DNA of 38,658 nt, from the IMG/VR virus record IMGVR_UViG_3300005076_000009, one strand, 5' to 3'. Shown here one piece after another: positions 24,254 to 32,859 of this stretch. Under the pieces are notes generated by a model. That model saw only the letters and a program-made list of their open reading frames with translations. It was not told the DNA's origin and did no database searches. Positions within the stretch are counted from its first letter, which is position 1. Every line of letters starts with the position of its first letter. Source of the stretch: a virus. A program made the position numbers and the translations under genes.

Positions 24254-25276
24254 TCACACAAACGCCAAAGGCTCACGCGCCTTTAGCTCATCCAGTGTAT
24301 AGACTCGCCCGAAACTGTCGGAAAAGTCCTCGATCTTCAGCTTGCCAGCGCGGAACATATCAGCACGCTCAACGCCTAGCACCTCATCCTGCACCTCTCG
24401 CGGCTGCTTTGCCAGCCAGCCGCCGTACTTTGTCTGCGCAGACACAGGGCCGTCAACGATGGAGCGGGTGCGGCCTGGAATATCAAGCGCAAACTCCGGC
24501 TTGATAACCGGCACTCGCACCGAGCGGCAGCGGTAGTGACGAGGCGTCGTCGGGCCTTCGCCAATCGGGAAGATCCTGCCGTCAAGGCCAGCGCAGCCTA
24601 TGGTTGTGCGGCTGTCAAGCGTCGCCACCCACTTTTCACCGGCAAGCAGGCGGTCATTCGCGTCAATACTGCGACTCCGCGCCTCGCTAGCAATGGCCAT
24701 TGTCACGGTGCGCACTAGTGCCGCTGCCTGCTGATAGGTGCGCTTCTCGGTCATCCGCACCACCTCGCGCACGATCTGCGGCGTGGTCTTACCTTCCAGC
24801 ACCGCCGCACGGATCGCTACGCTGACGTCCTTGCGCACTGCGCTGTCAAAGGTGGCAATCATCTGGTCGATGGTCTGCGGCTCGATATTCTGGCCCGACA
24901 CCAGCTTGAAGCGGGTTTTCGTCACGATTGCCGCAGCAGTCTCAATGCTCACACCCGCCCACTGCACATTGACAGCACCGCCCATCAGCCGCTCAGTAAA
25001 ACCAGCTTCGTATGCGTACAGATCGGTCATGTCGGTGGTCAGCTGGCCGTTAATGGCGGCGGTAGCCTCGCTTATCATGGTGTTAATGTCTCGGATCACC
25101 AGCTCAGCACGGATAGCTTGGTCGGCGGTCAGCACCTCTTCTTTGATGCGCTGCTCCACCTCCTTTTTCAGCTGGATAAGAATAGGCTTGATCTTCTTGA
25201 ACTCTCCGCCGCCGAACCGCTCCAGAAAAATCTGGTGGCGGGTCAGGGCGTCGATTAAGTATGCGTTGGCGCTCAT
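24254..25276 (-). CDS. Head morphogenesis protein (Mu F / SPP1 gp7 family)
   Basis: GCAGLDGRIFPI...HYRCRS motif. ATG 25276 has GGAGAGAGAAAG upstream (the track start at 25297 is a TTG). Confidence 0.8.
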   Translation of the reverse strand: MSANAYLIDALTRHQIFLERFGGGEFKKIKPILIQLKKEVEQRIKEEVLTADQAIRAELVIRDINTMISEATAAINGQLTTDMTDLYAYEAGFTERLMGGAVNVQWAGVSIETAAAIVTKTRFKLVSGQNIEPQTIDQMIATFDSAVRKDVSVAIRAAVLEGKTTPQIVREVVRMTEKRTYQQAAALVRTVTMAIASEARSRSIDANDRLLAGEKWVATLDSRTTIGCAGLDGRIFPIGEGPTTPRHYRCRSVRVPVIKPEFALDIPGRTRSIVDGPVSAQTKYGGWLAKQPREVQDEVLGVERADMFRAGKLKIEDFSDSFGRVYTLDELKAREPLAFV

Positions 25277-25383
25277 TCTTTCTCTCTCCACGGACAACTG
25301 CCCGAATTATGCCCCACGCCGCCGCATAGATAGCACTGCCTGCCTTCGATCATGCGGCGGTAGATTGTTTTGAATGGTTCCAT
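25273..25383 (-). CDS. 36-aa CCHC zinc-knuckle peptide
   Basis: MEPFKTIYRRMIEGRQCYLCGGVGHNSGSCPWREKE contains C-X2-C-X4-H-X4-C. It has ATGA overlap with the morphogenesis gene and is below the track cutoff. Confidence 0.45.
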   Translation of the reverse strand: MEPFKTIYRRMIEGRQCYLCGGVGHNSGSCPWREKE

Positions 25384-25384
25384 G

Positions 25385-25771
25385 TCACACCCCATCAGGA
25401 CGCTGCACCAACGACTCACGCCAGTCTATGCCGGTGGTGTCGATGTTTAGTGGAGATCCGCTCCAGTTTTTTGATGTTGGAACCCATGCCAAGCCAGTAA
25501 TTATCGGCTTGCTTTCATAAAAGCAAACAAATCTACTCTCATCCATCGCCGCCCACTTGTACTCAGGCTTAATCACATCCCACGGGATGACGAGTTGGCG
25601 CGGGCGGGTGCGGTATGGAAGATCACTTAGGAGATGGCCTGAGGCTGCCTGTAACCACTCCGTCACGCCAAAAACCTCAACACCATCAACAAGCCACGCC
25701 TCCACAATCGCGCTACGCTCCTCCGGCGTCATGTCTTTGAAAGCTTTACGTTCGTGATTCGGTACGTTCAT
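25385..25771 (-). CDS. Hypothetical protein (128 aa), moron gene 3
   Basis: ATGA coupling, low GC content and no recognised motif. Confidence 0.55.
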   Translation of the reverse strand: MNVPNHERKAFKDMTPEERSAIVEAWLVDGVEVFGVTEWLQAASGHLLSDLPYRTRPRQLVIPWDVIKPEYKWAAMDESRFVCFYESKPIITGLAWVPTSKNWSGSPLNIDTTGIDWRESLVQRPDGV

Positions 25772-25968
25772 TTCTCGTCCTTTTCTTGAATTTCAACACA
25801 CCTGCCATTCTGGCAGCGGAACTCTTTTGCTGTAACCATATCCAGCACCAACTGCGAACCTGACTGCTCAAAAACAACGTAGCGCTCGCCTGGTTTGTTC
25901 TGGTGGCCCGCTGGCGCAATAATGATTGCGGCCACGGCAAGCAATGCAACAGGCGCTATTAGCTTCAC
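25768..25968 (-). CDS. Small exported protein (66 aa), moron gene 2
   Basis: GTG start with AAGGA upstream. The N-terminus MKLIAPVALLAVAAIIIAPAG is signal-peptide-like. Confidence 0.5.
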   Translation of the reverse strand: MKLIAPVALLAVAAIIIAPAGHQNKPGERYVVFEQSGSQLVLDMVTAKEFRCQNGRCVEIQEKDEK

Positions 25969-26007
25969 TTGGCTATCCTTTTGCGGCTCGTGGACACATC
26001 AAAACAG

Positions 26008-26184
26008 TCAATCATATTCGGAAGGATTTGTATCGCCACAAAATGTGCAGCAATATCCACTAATAACCGGCCATTTGCACTTCATGCATGAACGAATTTC
26101 CAAAAAAGAATACGCAATAGATGCAACAGCCTCGTCAAACTCTTTTTGACTTGTAGGAGCGGCTGGCTTTTGTTTCTTTTCCAT
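26008..26184 (-). CDS. Small Cys-rich protein (58 aa), moron gene 1
   Basis: AAGGAAAGAGG precedes ATG 26184 (the track TTG start at 26232 lies in the -10). The protein contains CMKC...CCTFC. Confidence 0.5.
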   Translation of the reverse strand: MEKKQKPAAPTSQKEFDEAVASIAYSFLEIRSCMKCKWPVISGYCCTFCGDTNPSEYD

Positions 26185-26221
26185 CCTCTTTCCTTTCACA
26201 CTTCGTTGTTGGTATGTACGT

Positions 26222-26250
26222 ATCTTAGCCAATCACGTGCAATCAGTCAA
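26222..26250 (-). promoter_or_regulatory. Sigma70-type promoter TTGACT-17-TAAGAT
   Basis: -35 at 26245-26250 and -10 at 26222-26227, directly after the portal gene terminator. Confidence 0.6.
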
Positions 26251-26261
26251 CACCAACATGC

Positions 26262-26284
26262 AAAAAAAGCCGGATCACTCCGGC
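26262..26284 (-). terminator. Rho-independent terminator GCCGGA-GTGA-TCCGGC-TTTTTTT
   Basis: A perfect 6-bp stem and a 7-T run, after the portal stop. Confidence 0.75.
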
Positions 26285-26291
26285 CTGTTGC

Positions 26292-27695
26292 TTAAATGCC
26301 CTGAATCTCCACCTCGCCATCAATCTCCGCATCAGTCCGGTCGGACGACACCCAGCCAGCCTTGCGCAGGCGGTCGCGCACATCGCTTTGCGCAATGTCG
26401 CCACGATCTGCCAGCTGGATGAAGGCCATCACATCCTGGGCGGTCATGGTCTCGGGGAAGAACTCGCGGTTCAGACTGAAGTTTACCGCAGTCGGATCTG
26501 CGCCCATGAACGCCGCCATCCATTCCAACGCGGCCTCCATGCCGTCACTGGCATTGCCCACCAGCGTTTCCAGGGCGGACGCATCACCAGCCGCGCGGAT
26601 GCGGGCAGCCTCTGCCGTCTCGGTGCCGCCTTTAGCGCTGATAAGCTTCGCGCCGATTGCCAGCATGTCTGCTAGCTTGTCCTGCATCGCTTCGCGCAGC
26701 GGCCCGTTGGCGGTCGCCTGTAGCAGGGTAGCGCTGCCATTTGTGCCTAGGAAATGCCCAGCACGGCTGCCAAGGTTGACGCCGGATGGGTTGGCCTGTG
26801 CGAATTGCTCCGCGCTCATGTCAGACGTGATGAAAAGCGACGGCTGCCCAGCGATGAAAAGCGACTCTTCGTAATCGGCCGAGTTCCGGTAGTGCGCCAG
26901 GTTCACGGCGGCAATGTCAGCCAGCAGCGGGCCTTGCCAGCCGTAGCTGTTGGAGTTCGCCCCCATCCAGCTGAACGGAATCTCACTCATGCGCTGGCCA
27001 TTAGCGATAGGCTCCATGCGCTCAATCAGCACGCCCTCGTCGTCGTACAGCTCTTGCACGTACAGGCCATCCTCTAGCCGCAGCACGCGGTAGCGGTTGC
27101 GAAGCGTGGTGGTAAAAATGTCCTGCGGGATCTCTTCGGCTTCTTTCATCACGACAAGCGTCAGGATGGTAAGGCCGTTGCGCACCTCAGCGCGAAAGTT
27201 GATAACCGACTCGATCGGGTAGACCGTCATCCGCGCACGCAGTCCTTGGCGTTGTACATCCTCGGCAGACAGGCCAAGCGGCACGGACGGGTAATCCACC
27301 ATCAGGCCCACATTACCGGCAATCATCAGCTCTGACACGATGCGCTTGCCGACCTGCTCCAGCGATGCGCCAGCGCCGTCCGCATTCTCCAGCGCATACT
27401 CCAGCGCGGCGGGTAGGTCAGCTTCAGGAGGCTTGCGGAACACCGCGCCAACTAGGCCGTCAAGCGTGCGGCCCGTGACGTTCAGATAGCTGGCCCGCTT
27501 CAGGTAGTTTTCTTGGTAGTAGTCCAGCGCAGCCTGTCGGCGCGGGTTGCCGACTTCGATATCGGAAGGGTTCGGAAACGGCAAATAGCGAATGCTCGCC
27601 TGCTTCACATCCCACTCACCGCCCGCAGCGTCGCGGACGGTCTTGGCCTTGTCTACAGCGGTCGCATAGCCCGCTGCGGGTGTAGTAACTGGCAT
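26292..27695 (-). CDS. Portal protein
   Basis: 467 aa, with TAATG coupling to TerL. Confidence 0.8.
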   Translation of the reverse strand: MPVTTPAAGYATAVDKAKTVRDAAGGEWDVKQASIRYLPFPNPSDIEVGNPRRQAALDYYQENYLKRASYLNVTGRTLDGLVGAVFRKPPEADLPAALEYALENADGAGASLEQVGKRIVSELMIAGNVGLMVDYPSVPLGLSAEDVQRQGLRARMTVYPIESVINFRAEVRNGLTILTLVVMKEAEEIPQDIFTTTLRNRYRVLRLEDGLYVQELYDDEGVLIERMEPIANGQRMSEIPFSWMGANSNSYGWQGPLLADIAAVNLAHYRNSADYEESLFIAGQPSLFITSDMSAEQFAQANPSGVNLGSRAGHFLGTNGSATLLQATANGPLREAMQDKLADMLAIGAKLISAKGGTETAEAARIRAAGDASALETLVGNASDGMEAALEWMAAFMGADPTAVNFSLNREFFPETMTAQDVMAFIQLADRGDIAQSDVRDRLRKAGWVSSDRTDAEIDGEVEIQGI

Positions 27696-29023
27696 TAGCG
27701 CCCCCACATTTTGATTGGTGCCGAGATAACCGGCGAATTAATGGGCCATTCTACATCAACACAATAGCCGATTGCCGTTGTGATGTGCTGGTACTGGTTC
27801 GTTTGATCTTCTTGAAACGTGCTGCCTTCTTGCAGCTGCACGGTTGACAAGCCTTTGTCGCACCACTTGGCGGTGTGCGGATTGACAAACAATGACACTA
27901 CGCCATCAACCGTCTTGATCTTGGCACGGACGGCGTTCTGACGGTCTTTGATGGATGGCGCTGACTTCTTCACCTTGCGCTCAAACTTCCAGCCATGCTG
28001 CCGCAACACGTCCTCAATATCGGTATAGTCAGACGCGTGGCCGTGCTTTTCTCCAGCACGCCCCGCTGGGTCGCCATAGATTGCAACCGTCTTGTTCTGG
28101 TGGTTTTTGAACTTCTCCACAAACTCAAGCGCAGACTGTTTTGATACCGCGCTAATCAGCACGATTTCATCCATGATGAACAGGCTATTGCCGCGCATCA
28201 CGCCGATGGCTGATGACAGCGGAGTAAAGTTCTGGTCATGCATCCACAGCAGTTTTTCATGCGGCTGGATAGTCTCGCTGGTGTGGTTTGCCGTGCTGTA
28301 GTCGCCATAAATCCGGCCTGTTGCCGTCTCAAAGCTGGCGCGGAACTCCTGGTTGAACTGCTGCTCACTCATCACACGCTTGGCTGCGGCGATGACGTCG
28401 GGCGGCAGGATCTCCTCAGACTTCCAGTGATACACAGCCCACTCAGGATCGCCTGACGTCTGCGCGTACTGGCACAGGTCGTAATAATGGTTCAGGCCAT
28501 CAGGAACGCCGGTTAGCCAGCACCACGCACGGTAATCTGGTCGTGTTGGGTTAACGGTATTGAGCGCGGGGAAGATGTTAGCTTCCCACGCTTCTGGCTT
28601 GATATCGGCAATCTCATCAATTCCGCCACCAGTCCATGGGATACCCTCAAAGCGCTCAGGCTTATCAAGGCCAATCAGATGAATCTCACTGCCGTTCGGC
28701 ATGTAGATTTTCAGGTCTGACTCGCTTGGCCGCTTGTCGTGCGTGCTGGCAAAAGTCAGCAGCTTCATGTCGTCCCAAAAAATTTTCTTCACCTGCGAAT
28801 AGGTCGGCGCAGCGGCAAAGTAAAGTTCATTGGGATGCAGCATGGCCTGCTTGGCCAAATGACGCTTGAAGCGCTCAGTCTTACCGGATCGACGGCCAGC
28901 AGGGACAAGCTTAAACCGCTTAACCTCATCCCGCAGCCTGACCTGCTCAGGGATGTCTTTAAGCGGATACCAGCGCGCATATTCCCGCCGCATCTGCGGC
29001 GTCATGTTTGCAGTGTCAATCAT
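27695..29023 (-). CDS. terL: Terminase large subunit
   Basis: PAGRRSGKT Walker A and GGIDEIAD Walker B motifs, with a C-terminal nuclease-like half. Confidence 0.9.
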   Translation of the reverse strand: MIDTANMTPQMRREYARWYPLKDIPEQVRLRDEVKRFKLVPAGRRSGKTERFKRHLAKQAMLHPNELYFAAAPTYSQVKKIFWDDMKLLTFASTHDKRPSESDLKIYMPNGSEIHLIGLDKPERFEGIPWTGGGIDEIADIKPEAWEANIFPALNTVNPTRPDYRAWCWLTGVPDGLNHYYDLCQYAQTSGDPEWAVYHWKSEEILPPDVIAAAKRVMSEQQFNQEFRASFETATGRIYGDYSTANHTSETIQPHEKLLWMHDQNFTPLSSAIGVMRGNSLFIMDEIVLISAVSKQSALEFVEKFKNHQNKTVAIYGDPAGRAGEKHGHASDYTDIEDVLRQHGWKFERKVKKSAPSIKDRQNAVRAKIKTVDGVVSLFVNPHTAKWCDKGLSTVQLQEGSTFQEDQTNQYQHITTAIGYCVDVEWPINSPVISAPIKMWGR

Positions 29024-29481
29024 CCTGGTAGCTTCTTGGCCAGCTCTGCCATTGATGTTGCAACGTCAATGGTGCCGCTGTTCTCCACCTCGCGCTTATC
29101 GCGCCACAGATCGGGACGGCGGTTTTTGAGCCAGAAGATCATGGACGTTGGATCTGGCGGGTAGTGCTCGACATACGGCACTTCCAGCGGCACGCCTTCG
29201 TGATTGAAAATCTTCACCGCCTCATGGCTGTAACCGGTAGCCCGATGATACAAAGCAGACGCCACATTGGCGTCCGCAAGCATCTTTCCTCTTTTAAGGG
29301 ACTCAAAAAAGAGAGGTTCGGCAAGCTTCCAATTGTTAATTGTTTGCTCGGTCACGCCAAAAAAGTCTGCAAGGTCTTTGTCAGTCGCACCAAGCTTGCA
29401 AAGCTTTTCCACCTGTTCCACGTACTCAGGCTTGAAGGCGGTAGGCCGTCCTGTGACGGCCTTGGTTTTTTTGGTAGTCAT
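29020..29481 (-). CDS. terS: Terminase small subunit
   Basis: N-terminal HTH (GRPTAFKPEYVEQVEKLCKLGATDKDLADFFGVTEQTINNW), with ATGA coupling to terL. Confidence 0.8.
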   Translation of the reverse strand: MTTKKTKAVTGRPTAFKPEYVEQVEKLCKLGATDKDLADFFGVTEQTINNWKLAEPLFFESLKRGKMLADANVASALYHRATGYSHEAVKIFNHEGVPLEVPYVEHYPPDPTSMIFWLKNRRPDLWRDKREVENSGTIDVATSMAELAKKLPG

Positions 29482-29485
29482 ACCA

Positions 29486-29614
29486 CTATTTTACGCCCCC
29501 CCGCAGCAAACCGAAAGCAACAATTGCAGCGCCTACGCCCATTGTGAAAGGGTGGTCAATCTGCACGCCGGTGAAGAGGAAAAGCGCCCCGATGGCGGTT
29601 ACTGTCCATTTCAT
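29486..29614 (-). CDS. Small membrane protein (42 aa)
   Basis: ATGA coupling at 29614 and two hydrophobic segments. Confidence 0.4.
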   Translation of the reverse strand: MKWTVTAIGALFLFTGVQIDHPFTMGVGAAIVAFGLLRGGVK

Positions 29615-29793
29615 AGAAAGCCTTTTTGCGAGTTGTAACCTTCCATCCACCATTCGTACATAAGGCTGCCAGGATGGTGTGGGCATGCCGTAGGCCATCG
29701 TCCAGATTTCCACGCGTGCAAACCGGCAGCAAAAGCTTGCTGCTTAAGCTGTTCGTCAGTCTTTGGTGTTGCAATGCTTGCGGTTAATTTCAT
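29611..29793 (-). CDS. Hypothetical protein (60 aa)
   Basis: ATGA coupling on both sides. Confidence 0.5.
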   Translation of the reverse strand: MKLTASIATPKTDEQLKQQAFAAGLHAWKSGRWPTACPHHPGSLMYEWWMEGYNSQKGFL

Positions 29794-30095
29794 GGCTTAG
29801 GCTCCGGTGGTAGTGGCATCCAGTGCGTGGGTTGATCATCAAATTCTGGATATCCATGCCATGCCGACCATCCAGATACAATTTCACGCCAGTAACAAAC
29901 ACATGGCTCTTCTCCGTTACTCCAACCGCAAAGTACGGGACGACCATCCCTCGGCGCCGTCTCAATCGGCAGCCATTGGGCTTGCTGGGCGGCTTGCCAT
30001 GCTTGCCAACCAACACGCCACTCCGCAACCGACATGGGGACGCCAGTGAAGGTACTATCCCACCAAGCCTCAAACGCTTCTCGTTGCTTGTCCAT
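29790..30095 (-). CDS. DUF551-like phage protein
   Basis: WLPIETAPRDGRPVL...HWMPLP pattern, with GGAGTGAG before ATG 30095. Confidence 0.5.
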   Translation of the reverse strand: MDKQREAFEAWWDSTFTGVPMSVAEWRVGWQAWQAAQQAQWLPIETAPRDGRPVLCGWSNGEEPCVCYWREIVSGWSAWHGYPEFDDQPTHWMPLPPEPKP

Positions 30096-30106
30096 CACTC
30101 ACTCCA

Positions 30107-30283
30107 TCAAAACGGAAACTCACACTCACCCACCAGCGCGGCGGCTTTCACCGCCTTTTCATACGCCGATGGACGCTTATACCCTGTCTGCACGATTTTG
30201 CAGCCTGCCGGTGGATTTACCTTGCTGTCGACATAGCGTACTGTCTCGCCGCTGTCGATGTCGATGATGGCGTATGGTTTCAT
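30107..30283 (-). CDS. Hypothetical protein (58 aa)
   Basis: ATGA coupling at 30283. The ORF is below the track cutoff. Confidence 0.4.
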   Translation of the reverse strand: MKPYAIIDIDSGETVRYVDSKVNPPAGCKIVQTGYKRPSAYEKAVKAAALVGECEFPF

Positions 30284-30465
30284 TGCGATACCTTCTTTAA
30301 GTGCATCTTTAGCGACTCCGGAAAATTAGGCCAGCTGTAGCTGTAGCCGTGCATTGCCGCGAATTTTTTTACTTCTCTTTCTTGAGCGCAACGCTGTTGG
30401 AAATCGAAGCATGCGCATTTGCCATCGCTACGCTTGCATGATGGGTAGCTATTGCAGGTGGCCAT
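30280..30465 (-). CDS. Cys-rich hypothetical protein (61 aa)
   Basis: AAGGAGG upstream and TGATG coupling. Confidence 0.5.
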   Translation of the reverse strand: MATCNSYPSCKRSDGKCACFDFQQRCAQEREVKKFAAMHGYSYSWPNFPESLKMHLKKVSQ

Positions 30466-30653
30466 CACGCACCTCCTTTCTGCTCGGATTCGCTCAGTTG
30501 TTCGGTGGTGTCGAACAACTCGTGGCGAAGGTTGAACTCCACATCGTACGGTGTCTCGCGGCAGTGCGGGCAGACCGGAAGCTTATCGCTAGACCATGCG
30601 ACGGACTGGTATGCGTATTCGGCAAACGTGCGGTCGGTAACAAGGCAGCGCAT
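30465..30653 (-). CDS. Hypothetical protein (62 aa)
   Basis: TGATG coupling; the protein contains a CPHC motif. Confidence 0.5.
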   Translation of the reverse strand: MRCLVTDRTFAEYAYQSVAWSSDKLPVCPHCRETPYDVEFNLRHELFDTTEQLSESEQKGGA

Positions 30654-31462
30654 CACTCACCGCCTTTCTGCGCGGCGATCATGTCGTCTATGCATGCGTT
30701 GTAACCATCAGCAAATTCTTGCGTTGCGTTTTTGTAAGACATTCTGCTCGGCACGGCCACGGCTGGCTGGTTGATTTGCTCCCATTGCAGCCTGCCCTTG
30801 GACAGCTTTTCTGCCTGCTCGTTTATTATGGCACGCGCTTGGCTTGCAGTTGCGGCGTAGCGATCTGCAATAGCGTAAATGTCGATGCGCTTGATATGGT
30901 ATGCAAGCTTGAAGGCATCATTCACTGTTACTGCCGACTTGGCAGGCAGTACGTTGCATTGCTCAACTGCAGCGGCTCGCAATTCAAGCAATGCCTCCAT
31001 CAGCACATCCCGCGCCGCCGGCACAGCCTGCGTGGATGCAAGGCAGTTGGCGCACATGGCATCACTGGTGAAGCTATCGCCACATGCGCATCGCGGCTCG
31101 GCCTGCTGCGCCTGCTTTGCCTTTAAGTCAGCCTCTAGCCACCTTTGCTCTTGCGCCGTCAGCTCTCCAAGCGGCTCGGGGAAATGCTGGCGAAGAAACG
31201 CATCCAAGCCCTCGAAAGCCTCGCAAGTGGTCACTGCCAAATCACCGCCGCCAACATCGTGAACATGACCATCACGAATTACTTGACGCGCCATCTCCAA
31301 AAGTTGCCCCCACGGCTGCTGCGCCTGCTGGAAAGATTCACAATCGCACGCGCCAAGCCATTCTCCGGTCGGGCTGTGAACATCGCCAGTACCGTCGCAA
31401 TATTGACAACGATGCTGCGCCTGCTCGGCTGCCTGCAACGCAATATGGTCTAAGTTTTTCAT
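30653..31462 (-). CDS. Hypothetical Cys-rich protein (269 aa)
   Basis: AGGGA lies 8 nt before ATG 31462. The upstream track starts lie inside the promoter. Confidence 0.6.
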   Translation of the reverse strand: MKNLDHIALQAAEQAQHRCQYCDGTGDVHSPTGEWLGACDCESFQQAQQPWGQLLEMARQVIRDGHVHDVGGGDLAVTTCEAFEGLDAFLRQHFPEPLGELTAQEQRWLEADLKAKQAQQAEPRCACGDSFTSDAMCANCLASTQAVPAARDVLMEALLELRAAAVEQCNVLPAKSAVTVNDAFKLAYHIKRIDIYAIADRYAATASQARAIINEQAEKLSKGRLQWEQINQPAVAVPSRMSYKNATQEFADGYNACIDDMIAAQKGGE

Positions 31463-31491
31463 TACACTATCCCTGGTTAACTTACACATCA

Positions 31492-31520
31492 ATCATACTG
31501 CAAACTATCAACTAACGCAA
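31492..31520 (-). promoter_or_regulatory. Sigma70-type promoter TTGCGT-17-TATGAT
   Basis: -35 at 31515-31520 and -10 at 31492-31497. The spacer carries the 17-bp box shared with 7899-7915. Confidence 0.6.
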
Positions 31521-31522
31521 GT

Positions 31523-31551
31523 AAAGAAAAGCCGCCACCAAAGGCGACGGC
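31523..31551 (-). terminator. Rho-independent terminator GCCGTCGCC-TTT-GGTGGCGGC-TTTTCTTT
   Basis: A 9-bp stem (two G-U pairs) followed by a T-rich tail. Confidence 0.6.
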
Positions 31552-31559
31552 CTGACTGT

Positions 31560-31829
31560 CTACCGTGCGCTACACTCCGCCAGCAGCGCCGCATAGCTGA
31601 TCGCATCCTCTGCACTGTCCTGGTGGTGCCTGTCGGTCTGAAACAGCCGAACCTGCTTCAGCACGAGCATAAACTCCCAGCCCTCGCGCTCGGTTAAGTC
31701 ACGGCCCGTGATGGCGTTAAACGCCGCCACCGTCTTTGCCATGCTGCGTTCGCCGGTTGGTTTGTCGTATTGCTTGCCGCGTTCTTCCAGCAGTTCTGCG
31801 GCGCGGTTTAGGAGTTGGGGGGCGGTCAT
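31560..31829 (-). CDS. Conserved phage protein, DUF6378-like (89 aa)
   Basis: The pattern ERGKQYD...FNAITGRDLTEREGWEFMLVLKQVR resembles this family. The match is from memory only. Confidence 0.4.
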   Translation of the reverse strand: MTAPQLLNRAAELLEERGKQYDKPTGERSMAKTVAAFNAITGRDLTEREGWEFMLVLKQVRLFQTDRHHQDSAEDAISYAALLAECSAR

Positions 31830-32077
31830 TGCGTTTCCTTTCTATTCCTGATTGCTTCTGCAGCTCGTCTTCCGTAGATTTTTACGCCAGTTGGAATGTG
31901 AGTATCACATACTGTTGATTCAGCGATTTTAGCGCACGCCTCCCGCTCACGCTCGGCTACGAGGTTGGCGAAGCGTTGCAGGCAAGCAATTTCATGATCT
32001 AGTAAATGGCTGAGAGGGCCAAGCATGGCAAACATGCCAGCCTCTTTAGCCAACTGCATAATCTCTTGCTCTGTCAT
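31826..32077 (-). CDS. Hypothetical protein (83 aa)
   Basis: AAGGAG upstream. Confidence 0.55.
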   Translation of the reverse strand: MTEQEIMQLAKEAGMFAMLGPLSHLLDHEIACLQRFANLVAEREREACAKIAESTVCDTHIPTGVKIYGRRAAEAIRNRKETQ

Positions 32078-32078
32078 C

Positions 32079-32525
32079 TCAATCTCCTTTCACGGCGGCG
32101 ATGGCCGCGCGGGCACTCCCAATTGCCACGGCAACATCACTGCCACGCCTTGCGCTGTCATGAAGGTCAATGATTGCCTCCAACGCCGCCAGCAGCTGGT
32201 CGCGCTGGGCCGTGACGTCGGAAAGATCATCTCGCAGCTTCATGTTATTGCTTGTCAGACGTCCAGCGATGCCTGCAAAAAGCTGCGTGCTGTTGGGTGG
32301 GTTTTCAAGCTGCTCCGTGCTAATTCCAGCACAAGCATTGACCGCTGCCACGATGCGGCGGGCGTTGGCCCTTTGTTCTTCACCCATAGGGTTTCTGTAG
32401 TGGATATTCATCCCGCAGATTTCTCCAATACTTGAATCAATGCGGGCTTGCGTTGTGATTATCAACTCATGGAAACCTCTATCTTGCTCGATTGCAATCC
32501 ACGGCTCTTTAGTATGTTCAGTCAT
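32079..32525 (-). CDS. Hypothetical protein, Ea22-like flavour (148 aa)
   Basis: The ANARRIVAAVNACAG segment is typical of many early phage proteins. GGAGAAG precedes ATG 32525. Confidence 0.5.
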   Translation of the reverse strand: MTEHTKEPWIAIEQDRGFHELIITTQARIDSSIGEICGMNIHYRNPMGEEQRANARRIVAAVNACAGISTEQLENPPNSTQLFAGIAGRLTSNNMKLRDDLSDVTAQRDQLLAALEAIIDLHDSARRGSDVAVAIGSARAAIAAVKGD

Positions 32526-32527
32526 CT

Positions 32528-32698
32528 TCACTTCTCCAGTTCAGCCAGCAGGGCGTCGGCGAGTTTAACGGCATCCTCTGCGTAGTCACTAAGCCCCATG
32601 CCGATGCCAACACCGCTGGCCAACATTCCCTGCAGCGCCATTGCTGCAATCTGCTCGCGCTTGGTCAGTACGTTGCTGCTAGTCTCTTTATTTTCCAT
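32528..32698 (-). CDS. Hypothetical protein (56 aa)
   Basis: GGAGGAGAAG precedes ATG 32698. Confidence 0.45.
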   Translation of the reverse strand: MENKETSSNVLTKREQIAAMALQGMLASGVGIGMGLSDYAEDAVKLADALLAELEK

Positions 32699-32700
32699 CT

Positions 32701-32859
32701 TCACTTCTCCTCCAAAATATCCATACACCTGTTGAAATCCTCCGGCCCCAGCATTTCCAGCAGCTGGGCCTTGTCGATACCTGCCAGCATCTGCACCAGA
32801 TAGTCACGCTGATGCACGGCTTTCTTGAGTGCCAGCAGGGCCTGTTCCAGTTCGCTCAT
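32701..32859 (-). CDS. Hypothetical protein (52 aa)
   Basis: ATGA coupling at 32859. Confidence 0.45.
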   Translation of the reverse strand: MSELEQALLALKKAVHQRDYLVQMLAGIDKAQLLEMLGPEDFNRCMDILEEK

